Assembly: GCF_036321535.1 (NCBI RefSeq)
Contig: NC_087436.1
Span: 74,803,001-74,836,000 of the forward strand
DNA length: 33,000 nt
Reading direction: 5' to 3'
From: Camelus dromedarius
Lineage: Eukaryota
Of the stretch, positions 23,925 through 33,000 are shown in pieces; within the stretch, counting starts at the first letter, position 1; the number at the start of each line of letters is the position of its first letter. Below the pieces are notes generated by a model. That model ran no database searches. It saw nothing but the letters and a program-made list of their open reading frames with translations, and had not been told where the DNA came from. The position numbers were made by a program, and so were the translations under genes.

Positions 23925-24285
23925 TGAGCTGCTGCAGCCACTGACCATTAACACTCCCTGAAAGGAGTTCAGGGTGGAGATCAGGAATGAGGTACTCTGT
24001 GCTTTGGGGAAAACTGGCAGTACAGGACTTCAGATAGACATTTTTGGGAGATTTTATGAGCCCAAATTCTTACATCTCCTCATATCTAGAAAAGCACTAA
24101 AATCATTAACAGTGACATCTGCTCCTCCTGACTTAGCAAGGTTCTGCCTAAATGTGTGCTTGACTGCATGTACCTGCTTCCATGAAAATCATGTAGAATA
24201 CTGACATTTCCCCCCACCTCTCCAGAGCAATTCCTCAGAGCTGTGTGAAATGCTGTGTCCCAGGCCATAGTTCTCATTTTATACA
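23925..24285 (+). mobile_element. ERV1-type LTR of the kind seen in cetartiodactyls, 3'-truncated
   Basis: cagggtggagatcaggaatgagg…gggaaaactggcag…tctagaaaagcactaaaatcattaac…gaaatgctgtgtcccaggccatagttctcatttt matches my recollection of such LTRs. The start is uncertain. Confidence 0.55.
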
Positions 24286-24366
24286 GTGTGTATGTATGTG
24301 TGTGTGTATGTATATGTGTGTGTATGTATATATGTGTGTGTGTATATATATACACACACACACATA
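24286..24366. repeat. Compound alternating purine-pyrimidine microsatellite (TG/TA/CA)
   Basis: Read directly. Confidence 0.95.
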
Positions 24367-24371
24367 GAGTT

Positions 24372-24582
24372 GGCCCTCTTTCTGTGGGACCATGATGAAC
24401 AGGGCAAGCACAGGGAACACAAACACCCAGGTAGTTCCAGAGTCCAGTGACAGGCCTCTGAAGAAGAGACAAGTGTAGGCTGTTGGAAGCCAATGTATAC
24501 TAAAGTTGGGAGAGACCAACTGAAATGGTAAAAAGGATCCAACTGAATCTGCATGGAGCACCAGTAGTGTCTGCTGTACTCC
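24372..24582 (-). mobile_element. LTR40-like ERV-L LTR, 5' half
   Basis: The minus strand reads gtacagcagacactactggtgctcc…ggatcctttttaccatttcag…cttcagaggcctg…ctggaactacctggg, similar to remembered LTR40. Confidence 0.5.
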
Positions 24583-25185
24583 AACCACCACCTTGAAGCT
24601 GTGACAGGTAAGAATAAACTTAAAGTGAGACTTAAAAAATGTGAGAAGTGTATGAGGTGGTCACGATTTCTGGGGGAAACCTATAAAACAGGTCGAGTAG
24701 ATTAGCTATAGCCCCCATTTTTGCAATGGGTCCTGAGACCATAAATAACTTTCATCATTTTTCTTCCTTTACTAACCATTCTAGATAACCTGCCCTGTTG
24801 GCTAGTATTTTTGCTGATGGCCCAGACCTTTATCCAGGAGAGGCCTGAGTCTCTGATTACCAGAAGGGGCAATTGCCCCTATGGATATATATGATCCTAG
24901 CCCTGTCACTGCTTCTACCATCAGCTCTGGCCTGAAACGAGCCACTACAGACTCTCAAACAAAATCACATATTGCAGGAAAAGGAACTTATCAGTGGTGT
25001 CCCATGCATCCACATCTTCCTGATGGCCTTGGTGACACAGTATGTTAGTGTCAAGTCGCAGTTCTTGCTAGGGAAGAGTGGGTCACCTCTGTAAACTCCA
25101 AGGGTTCAGGGGTCTGCAGAGCCACCACTCTCAGGGGACTTTATCCAGATGTCCCCATCCAGAGGTTTCCCAAACAGGGCCCTGA
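24583..25185 (-). mobile_element. ERV-L internal fragment (3' region joined to a gag-like remnant)
   Basis: ccagacctttatcc… motif of ERV-L 3' internal sequence. Minus-strand RALFGKPLDGDIWI near 25140-25185 resembles the ERV-L gag 'GDIW' block. Confidence 0.55.
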
Positions 25186-26824
25186 CTTGAGCATAGCAGA
25201 TCTTCCTTACCTGGGCATTAAAATGCCTTTCATTGTTGGCTATGAAGTTGGGTATGAGGTTAGCTATGGATTTGTCATATGTGGCCTTTATTGTATTGAG
25301 ATACGTTCCTCTATACCCAATTTGTGGGGTGTTTTTATCTTGAAAGGATGTTGTATTTTGATAAATGCCTTTTCTGAATTTATTTAGATGAGAATATGAT
25401 TTTTATCTCTCNNNNNNNNNNNNNNNNNNNNNNNNNNNNNNNNNNNNNNNNNNNNNNNNNNNNNNNNNNNNNNNNNNNNNNNNNNNNNNNNNNNNNNNNN
25501 NNNNNNNNNNNNNNNNNNNNNNNNNNNNNNNNNNNNNNNNNNNNNNNNNNNNNNNNNNNNNNNNNNNNNNNNNNNNNNNNNNNNNNNNNNNNNNNNNTCT
25601 CTTATTGTAGTGTCCTTATCTGGCTATGGTATCAGGGTAATTTTAACCTCTTAAAATGAGTTTGAGAGTATTCCCTTTCCTTCATTTTTCCCAAACAGCT
25701 TGAGAAGGATTGGTGTTCATTCTTAAAATGTTTGGTAGAAATCACTTGTGAAGCCATCTGGTCCTGGGCTTTTCTCTGTCGGCAGGTTTTTGATTGCTGA
25801 TTCGCTCTCCTTGCTATTGGCTTGTTTATATTTTGTTTCTTCCTTATTTAGTCTTGGTAGTTTGTAAGTTTCTAAGAATTTATCCAGTTTTTCTAGGTTA
25901 CCCAGTTTTTTGGCATATTCTGCTGCCATTGGATGAAATGTTCTGTAAATGTCTGTTAGGACCATTGGTCTAAAGTATACTTCAATTCCAATGTTTTTTT
26001 TTTTTTTTTTTTTTTTTTACTGACTTTCTGTTGGGATGATCTATGCATTGTTGACAGTAGGGTATTGATGTCCCTTACTATTATTATATTTATTTTTTCC
26101 TTCCTATCTGTTAGTGTTTGCTTATTGCATTGTAGGTTCTCTGATGTTGGATGTATATATATTTATGATTATTATAGCCTCTTGATGGGTTGAACCTTTT
26201 ATCATTATACAACGACCTCCTTTGTCTCCTGTTACAGTTTGGACTTAGTCTGTTTTGTCTGATGTAAGTTTAGCTACCCCTGCTCTTTTGGTTTCCACTT
26301 TCATGGAATGCTTTTTATCCATCTCTTCACTTTGAGCCTATGTCCTTGAAGCTGAAGTGACTCTTGTAGGCAGTATATATTTGGGTCTTTTTTTTTAATC
26401 CATCTGGTCACTTTGTGCCTTGTGATTGGAGAATAATCCATTACATCTAATGTAATTATTGGCAGGTAGGGACTTACTATTGCCATCTTGTTAACTATTT
26501 TCTGTGCTTTAAGTAGTTCCTTTCTTCCTCTCTTGCTGTCTTCCTTTTGAATGATAATTTGCCATAGTGGCATACTTGGATTCTCTTCTCTTGTGTATAT
26601 CTACTGTAGGTTTTTGTTTTGTGGCTACCCTGTGACTCCCTTGAAACATTTTATAGAAATGTCTATTTTAGGCTGATAACAACTTTGATTGCATTCTACA
26701 ACTATACCCTTTTATTTCCCCCAAATACATTTTTTTAAATGTCACAATTTCCATCTTTTTATATTGTATGTTTATTAAAATTATGTATCTATAGCTATTT
26801 TAATACTTTTGTCCTTTAATCTTT
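25186..26824 (-). mobile_element. Old L1 (L1MA9-like), left part: RT region, internally deleted ORF2, spacer; host of the retrocopy
   Basis: ORF 25723-25965 LTDIYRTFHP…KLGNLEKLDKFLETYKLPRLN…KSPGPDGFTSDFYQTF. The spacer at 26200-26640 is paralogous to 22000-22430. Ends in the TSD tgtcctttaatcttt (26810-26824). Confidence 0.92.
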
Positions 26825-27961
26825 TTTGAATAAAATTTTTTTAATATCCTATGTATTCTGTAACAGATATAGAATGCAAAATTTTTAAAAACAATTTGCA
26901 GTCCTCTCTTATTGGTAACATAACTGAGGTACTTATTTTATACATTTATCGAATCTCAATTACCTTGAGATTTGATAACAGTATTTAGATACAGTGTAAC
27001 CCAGAAATGAAAATATACAAACTAGTTCTAGGAACACATGTATTTTTACCTGTGAGTATACTTATAAATCATATAAATACACATATTTATTTTAAAATAA
27101 AGACTTTGGAAAATGAAACCAGCTTACATAATTTTTTAAACCAAAGTATGACAAATTTTTTATGCAAAAAATATTGAAGCAAAAATCAGAAGTCTTATTT
27201 CTAAGACATTAGAAAACTATGCTTGCCAAATTGCTATTTATGAGGACAGAACCATAACTGTTCCTTCACATTTGTCTTGCTTATAAAACATAAAAAAGTA
27301 CTCTAAACACAATAAATGGAATTCTTACATTTTTAAATAGCTTGAATTGCTATTTATTATATTAAAGCAATTTTTACATTTCTACTTAAGTTTATATTGC
27401 ACTAAAATTATTTTATAGGGAAGAACTAGTTAATGTATCATGACATAATAACTTAGAAACATTTTTTGTTCACATCTATATTAATGGATATTTCAGTCTA
27501 CTTAAAATTTCTACTATATACCAAGTCATCTAACAAAAACATATCTATAATGCTAATCTGTTTTGGGAGCAAAGATACTCAGTATTGTTACTGCATTTGG
27601 AAAATACACTGACTTTTAAAAACATTTAAATCACACATAAAAACTGGAAATAATATTTGAGCAATACCTAAAAATTCTTTTGTTGAATCTCTACATGGCT
27701 ACTTTTTAAATACTTTTATTAAAAAATTAAGAAAGTGTCCTTTTATCCAGTAGAGCAGAATTATGAGAAGAATGATAATAAGAATAATACTTCAATGCTG
27801 GCTTCTAAACTATGTTTTATATAACTTAAATTTTCATTTCTCATCATTCTGCTGCAATATAACCAAGCCTGTTTATAATAATAACTGAGGTCAGAGTCTT
27901 TGAAAATCATAATTACAATGAAAAGTTTAGAATAGCACTATAAAGGTAATGACAACCTCTT

Positions 27962-28631
27962 TTTTTTATTGAAGTATAGTTGATTTACAATATTGTTAGT
28001 TTCAGGTGTATATACAGCAAAGTGATTCAGTTGTGCATATATACATTTTTCAGATTCTTTTCCATTATAGGTTATTACTTCATTTACATATTACATAGTA
28101 TGTATTACATACATAGTTCCCCATGTTATACAGTAAATCCTTGTTGCTTATCTATGTTATGTACAGTAGTTTGTATCTGTTGGTTCCATATTCCTAATTT
28201 ATCTCTTTCCCCCCTCCCTTTCCCCTTTGATAACCATAAGTTTTCTATGTCTGTGAGTGAGTCTGCTTCTGTTTTGTATATAGACTCATTTGTATTATTT
28301 TTTAGATTCCACATATAAGTGATATCATACAGTATTTGTCTTTCTATGTCTGACTTACTTCATTAAGTATAATATTCTCTTGGCCCATCAATGTTGCTTC
28401 AAATATTTCATTCTTTTTTATGGCTGCATAATATTCAATGTATATATACCACGTTTTCCTAAGCCATTTATTAGTGGTACTTGGGGTGTTTCCATGTCTT
28501 GGCTATTGTAAATAGTGCCACTGAACATTAGGGTGCATGTATCTTATTAGAGTTTTCATCTTTTCTGGATACATACCCAGGTGTGTGATTGCTGGATTGT
28601 ATGGTAGCTCTATTTTCAGTTGAAGGAACTT
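27962..28631 (-). mobile_element. L1 'A': 5'-truncated cetartiodactyl-type L1 3'UTR inserted in the retrocopy 3'UTR (its last ~17 nt probably reappear at 30886-30902)
   Basis: T-tail then attgaagtatagttgatttacaatattg…. TSD taatgacaacctctt (27947-27961) / taatggcaacttctt (30903-30917), 13/15 identical, followed by AA. Confidence 0.9.
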
Positions 28632-30885
28632 TTTAAAAAGTGAAGTATAGTTGATTTACAATGTTGTGTTAGTTTTAGTTGTACAGCAAAGTGATTCAAT
28701 TATACATAGACATATATATTCTTTTGCAGATTCTTTTCCATTTTAGGCTATTACAAGATATTGAATATAGTTCCCTGTGCTATACAGTAGGTCCTTGTTG
28801 TTTATCTATTTTATATATAGTAATGTGTATCTGTTAATCCCAAACTCCTAATTTATCCTGCCCCCACCCCTGCTGGCCAATACCCCTTTCCCCTTTGGTA
28901 ACCATAGTTTGTTTTCTCCATCTGAGTCTATTTGTGGTTTGTTATTAAGTTCATTTATCATTTTTTTAAGATTCCACATATAAATGATATCATATGACAT
29001 TTGTCTTTATCTGACTTACTTTACTTACTATAATAATCTCTAGGTCCATCTGCACTGCTGAAAATGGCATTATTNNNNNNNNNNNNNNNNNNNNNNNNNN
29101 NNNNNNNNNNNNNNNNNNNNNNNNNNNNNNNNNNNNNNNNNNNNNNNNNNNNNNNNNNNNNNNNNNNNNNNNNNNNNNNNNNNNNNNNNNNNNNNNNNNN
29201 NNTTTGGAGTAAGTATTTTCATTTTATNNNNNNNNNNNNNNNNNNNNNNNNNNNNNNNNNNNNNNNNNNNNNNNNNNNNNNNNNNNNNNNNNNNNNNNNN
29301 NNNNNNNNNNNNNNNNNNNNNNNNNNNNNNNNNNNNNNNNNNNNNNNNNNNNNNNNNNNNNNNNNCTCCCTACCATCTCCAGCATTTATTATTTGTAGAC
29401 TATTTAATGATGGCCATTCTGACTAGTGTGAGGTGATATTTCATTGCAATTTTGATTTTCATTTCTCTAATAATTAGCAATACTGAGAATCTTCTCATGT
29501 GCCTGTTGGGCATCTGTATGTCTTCTTCAGAAAAATGTCTAGTTAGGTCTTCTGCCCATTTGAGTTGTTTGTTTTTTGATATTAAGATGTATGTATATTT
29601 TGGAAATTAATCCCTTGTCAATCACATCATTTGCTAATATTTTCTTCCATTTCTTAGGTTGTCTTTTCATTTTATTTATGGTTTCCTTTGCTGTGCAAAA
29701 GCTTTTAAGTTTAACTAGGACCCATTTGCTTATTTTTCTTCTACTTCCATTACTCTGGGAGATGGATCATAAAAAATATTCCTGCAAAGTATGTCAAATT
29801 TTCTGCCCATGTTTTCCTCTGGGAGTCTTAGAGTATATGGTCTTACATTTAGGTCTTTAATCCATTTTGAGTTTATTTTTGTATATGGTGTTAGAAAATG
29901 TTCTAATTTCACTCTTTTACATATAACTGTCCAGTTTTCCCAGCACCACTTACTGAAGATATTGTCTTTTTTTAAATTGTATATTCTTGCCTCCTTGGTC
30001 ATAGTCTAACTGACCATAAGTTCATGTGTTTATTTCTGAGCTTTCTTTCCTGTTCCATTGATCTATGTGTCTGTTTTTGTGCCAGTACCATACTGTTTTG
30101 ATTCCTGTAGTTTTGTAGTATAGTCTGAGGTCAGGATGTGTAATTCCTCCAGCTCTGTTCTTCTTCCGCAAGATTGTTTTGGCTATTCAGGGTCTTTTGT
30201 GTTTCCATACAAATTAAAAAAAAATTTTTTTTGTTCCAGTTTTGTTAAAAATGTCATTGGCAATTTGATAAGGATTGCATTGAATCTGTATATTGCCTTG
30301 GGTAGCAGGGCCATTTTAATAATGTTGATTCTTCCAATCCAAGAATATATTTTTCTGTCTGTTTGTGTCTTCAATTTGTTTCATCAGTGTCTTATAGTTT
30401 TCAGAGTATAGGTTTTTGCCTCCTTAGGCAGGTTTACTCCTAGGTATTTTATTCTTTTTGATGCAATGGTAAATCAGATTGTGTCCTTAATTTATTTCTG
30501 ATATTTTGTTAGTTTATAGAAATGCAGCTGATTCCTGTATATGACTTTTGTACCCTGCAACCTTACTGAATTCATCGATGAACTCTAGTAGTTTTCTGGC
30601 AGCCTCCTTAGGATTTTCTATGTGTAGTATCACGTCATCTGCAAACAGTGACAGTTTTACTTCTTTTCTGATTTGGATTCCTTTTCTTTTTCTTCTCTGG
30701 CTGCTATGGTGAGGACTTCCAAAACGATATTGAGTAAAAGTGGCAAGAGTGGGCATTCCCAGCATTTCACCACTGAGTATGATGTTATCTGTTGGGTTTG
30801 TCATATATGGCCTTTGTTATGTTGAGATATGTTCCCTCTATGTCCACTTTCTTGAGAGTTTTTATCATAGATGGATGCTGAATTA
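28632..30885 (-). mobile_element. L1 'B': 5'-truncated L1 (3'UTR plus ORF2 C-terminal and RT part) nested at the 5' end of L1 'A'
   Basis: A second 3' end, gtgaagtatagttgatttacaatg, at ~28640. ORF2 peptides KWCWENWTVICKRVKLEHFLTPYTKINSKWIKDLNVRP (29730-30002), [24 protein letters not shown] (30183-30374) and LSLFADDVILHIENPK (30514-30804, RT FADD motif). Confidence 0.93.
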
Positions 30886-31214
30886 TTTTTTTTAAGGACC
30901 CTTAATGGCAACTTCTTAAATCCCATTTTAAGTCAGTTCTACTCCCAAATAACACTTTAAAATGGTTTCAGTTAACCTTACTGATTAGCCAGCATCAGCT
31001 TATGAATATTTTTGCAGTGTTCTAAGGTGTAACTTTTGGCATCAAAAAGTATAATAAGCACTTTTGCCTTGTGATGAATAAAAAAGTCAAGCACTAAAAT
31101 ACCAATGGTTCCTGTGATGGGGTGAAGATGCCCCTTCAAGTAATGTTCTCCCTCAAAATTAACATTTTATTTCTCCCTCAGAGTTTATTAAGGAAAAGAA
31201 ATCACAAAATTTTT

Positions 31215-32175
31215 TTAGTCAAGGTGAAAAAACTGCTTCAAAACTTCATAGTGTAAAAGCCACCACTTGGGAAAGAACACAGTAAGTGTAATTAAGAGAT
31301 ACACCATGATATAATCCTTTTTGAACTGAATGGTGTCCAAAGACATACTTCATAGTCACCTCCATGGTGAGGCACTTTTCAGATTCTGGAAGAACTGTTC
31401 CTAATTACATTCACGAGTGAGTTACATTAAATGGGTAGGATATTGTCTGTGTTATTGCTCCAGCAATACCACCACAAAGTAAGTTTATGTAAGTTTTCAA
31501 AACAAAGACATTAGTGTTGCCTGAAGGTCTGCCAAGAAGGGTGGGAACATGGGAAAGCCCAACAGTATAAAACGAGACAACTCGATGGAGAACCATTCCC
31601 ACTAGAGCAGCATCAGGCCTCTGTAAAATGCAAAGAGACCACCTTCCTGTGCATAAATTTTTCTGAATGCATGAATGATTCCTGTTTAAGTATGTCCCCC
31701 TTTCACCTGGAACATTAGGCACACTATAACCATGTGAAAATGGTAAGTACAGAAAACTGCTGTTTAAATGTACCATGGATCCAGCCATTAATCTGTGCAC
31801 AGACCAGAAATTCCCAGCTTCATAGTAATTAATGTTCTACAATGCTCAAATGCTATAAACTGGATTGCACCATAGGGAAAGATTTGGATCATCATTGCAT
31901 CATTCTTTTTCTACAACCCAAGGTATTCCTCCTTAGGGGAACAGCACATAATGCAGGAAATATTCCCAAATGTTTGTAATGGTGATTGTGAGCTTATAAT
32001 AAAACCTTTGCTCAATCCAAAAGAGCAACTGTTTTGGCACAGAATCCAGCAATACCTCTGTCCAGGAAGGAGCACAGCCAGGAGAAGTCTCTGCCTGCGG
32101 TGGGCCCTCAGACTCCTGCTGCCTGCAGCATCTCGAGATGGAGGTGGGTTAGCTGCCGCCAGGGCCACCTCAGGA
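31215..32175 (-). pseudogene. SLC25A16: Disabled SLC25A16 coding remnant
   Basis: ORF 31411-31800 drifts in and out of the true frame and 31911-32201 is mostly out of frame. No continuous ORF remains. Confidence 0.95.
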
Positions 32176-32261
32176 ATTTTGGTTGCCAATTTACAACCCA
32201 AGGGCCCTAGCCATGGCCAGAGCAGGTGGTGACAGGCACCAACTGCCTGGCAGGCAGAATC

Positions 32262-32745
32262 TGTCCTTTAACCTTTAGAGTTATGTGGGTACACATCATC
32301 ATGTTACAGAATTAGAGTATTCTTAATCTGACTGTATATATACTTACCTTTAAAAGTGCGTTGTATATATTCATAAGCTTACATATCAGTAGTTAGCATC
32401 CTTTTATATACTAACTTGAACTCCTTTCAGCCTTTCTTATAAGGCAGTTATAGTGGTGATGAACTCCCTCAGCTTTCAGTTTTTGTGAAAAGCTTTATCT
32501 CACCTTCATTTCTGAAAGACAACTTTGCTGGGTAAACTATTCTTGGTCAGCNNNNNNNNNNNNNNNNNNNNNNNNNNNNNNNNNNNNNNNNNNNNNNNNN
32601 NNNNNNNNNNNNNNNNNNNNNNNNNNNNNNNNNNNNNNNNNNNNNNNNNNNNNNNNNNNNNNNNNNNNNNNNNNNNNNNNNNNNNNNNNNNNNNNNNNNN
32701 NNNNNNNNNNNNNNNNNNNNNNNNNNNTCTCTTGTAATGTCTCCC
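32262..32745 (-). mobile_element. Old L1, right part (spacer and ORF1 3' region), continuing 25186-26824
   Basis: Joining 26824 to 32277 restores continuous L1 (…taatacttttgtcctttaaYcttt|agagttatg…ttagagtattc…gtggtgatgaactccctcagc…ctgaaagacaactttgctgg). Confidence 0.88.
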
Positions 32746-33000
32746 CTCACCTACTTCATACCTTACACACTTTGGCTTTGGTGATTGTTTCCCTAAATAT
32801 TTTTATGCACATATATGTATCTCTTTGTATACAGACATTTTCCCAAAATGATCAATAGGGTCATAATTGGACATGTCCAACATTTTTCCCATTGAACAGG
32901 ACATGGACAGGCTTCTAAGTCAGTACATACAGTTATGCTTCAGCATTTTAAAAATGCTGTATAAAAATGGGTAGTATGGACATCATGTGATTTGTTAAAG

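Larger units (their letters stand above)
26825..32261 (-). pseudogene. SLC25A16: Processed pseudogene (retrocopy) of SLC25A16, the mitochondrial Graves disease carrier/CoA transporter: 5'UTR-like 32261-~32175, CDS remnant ~32175-31215, 3'UTR 31214-30903 and 27946-26828
   Basis: Intronless. Translates to RGIAGFCAKT, IFPYGAIQF and VGLSHVPTLLGRPSGNTNVFVLKTYINLLCGGIAGAITQTISYPFNVT, ending KQFFHLD* (TAA at 31215-31217). No ATG at the expected start; premature stops (ttg tag, cgt gaa tgt aat region), frameshifts and a short deletion. Minus-strand ATTAAA at 26840-26845, A-tail remnant 26825-26827, 15-bp TSD 26810-26824 / 32262-32276. Confidence 0.96.
18676..32727. other. Eight N-runs: 18676-18851, 19078-19241, 20190-20403, 20608-20737, 25412-25597, 29075-29202, 29228-29365, 32552-32727
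   Basis: Read directly. All lie inside L1 sequence. Confidence 0.98.

Noticed and set aside
26829-26834. Plus-strand AATAAA beside the T-run
   Set aside because: It is in the wrong orientation for the minus-strand retrocopy; the ATTAAA at 26840-26845 on the minus strand fits.
31411-32232. ORFs 31411-31800, 31911-32201 and 31951-32232 as a functional SLC25A16 retrogene or antisense protein
   Set aside because: The start codon is lost, there are frameshifts and stops, and the ORFs only partly follow the carrier frame. The plus-strand ORF is just the antisense of decayed coding sequence.
28632-32261. SLC25A16-L1 chimeric retrotranscript made by template switch, suggested by the UTR abutting the L1 truncation point at ~30886
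   Set aside because: The 15-bp TSD at 27947/30903 and the continuation of the insert to 26825 show that the L1s inserted later into the retrocopy 3'UTR.

Overview
This is repeat-dense mammalian DNA, probably cetartiodactyl judging from the L1 3' ends and an ERV1-type LTR; with no Bov-A/Bov-tA, CHR or PRE-1 SINE visible, a camelid is a weak guess. I find no intact protein-coding gene, RNA gene or CRISPR array. The only recognisable cellular gene sequence is a decayed, intronless, near full-length SLC25A16 retrocopy on the minus strand. It sits in a four-level nest: an old L1 contains the retrocopy, which contains L1 'A', which contains L1 'B'. The two outer levels are bracketed by readable 15-bp target-site duplications. 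The rest is a decayed ERV-L provirus (pol plus 3' LTR), several ERV-L LTRs, L1 and L2 fragments, Tigger/hAT MITEs, microsatellites and eight N-runs inside L1s. A diverged ~205-bp tandem dimer and about 7 kb I cannot assign (1.4-4.2, 7.8-9.5, 9.9-12.7 kb) are the main open items. Repeat family names come from remembered consensus sequences, not a database search. I do not see convincing evidence of a novel biological system.
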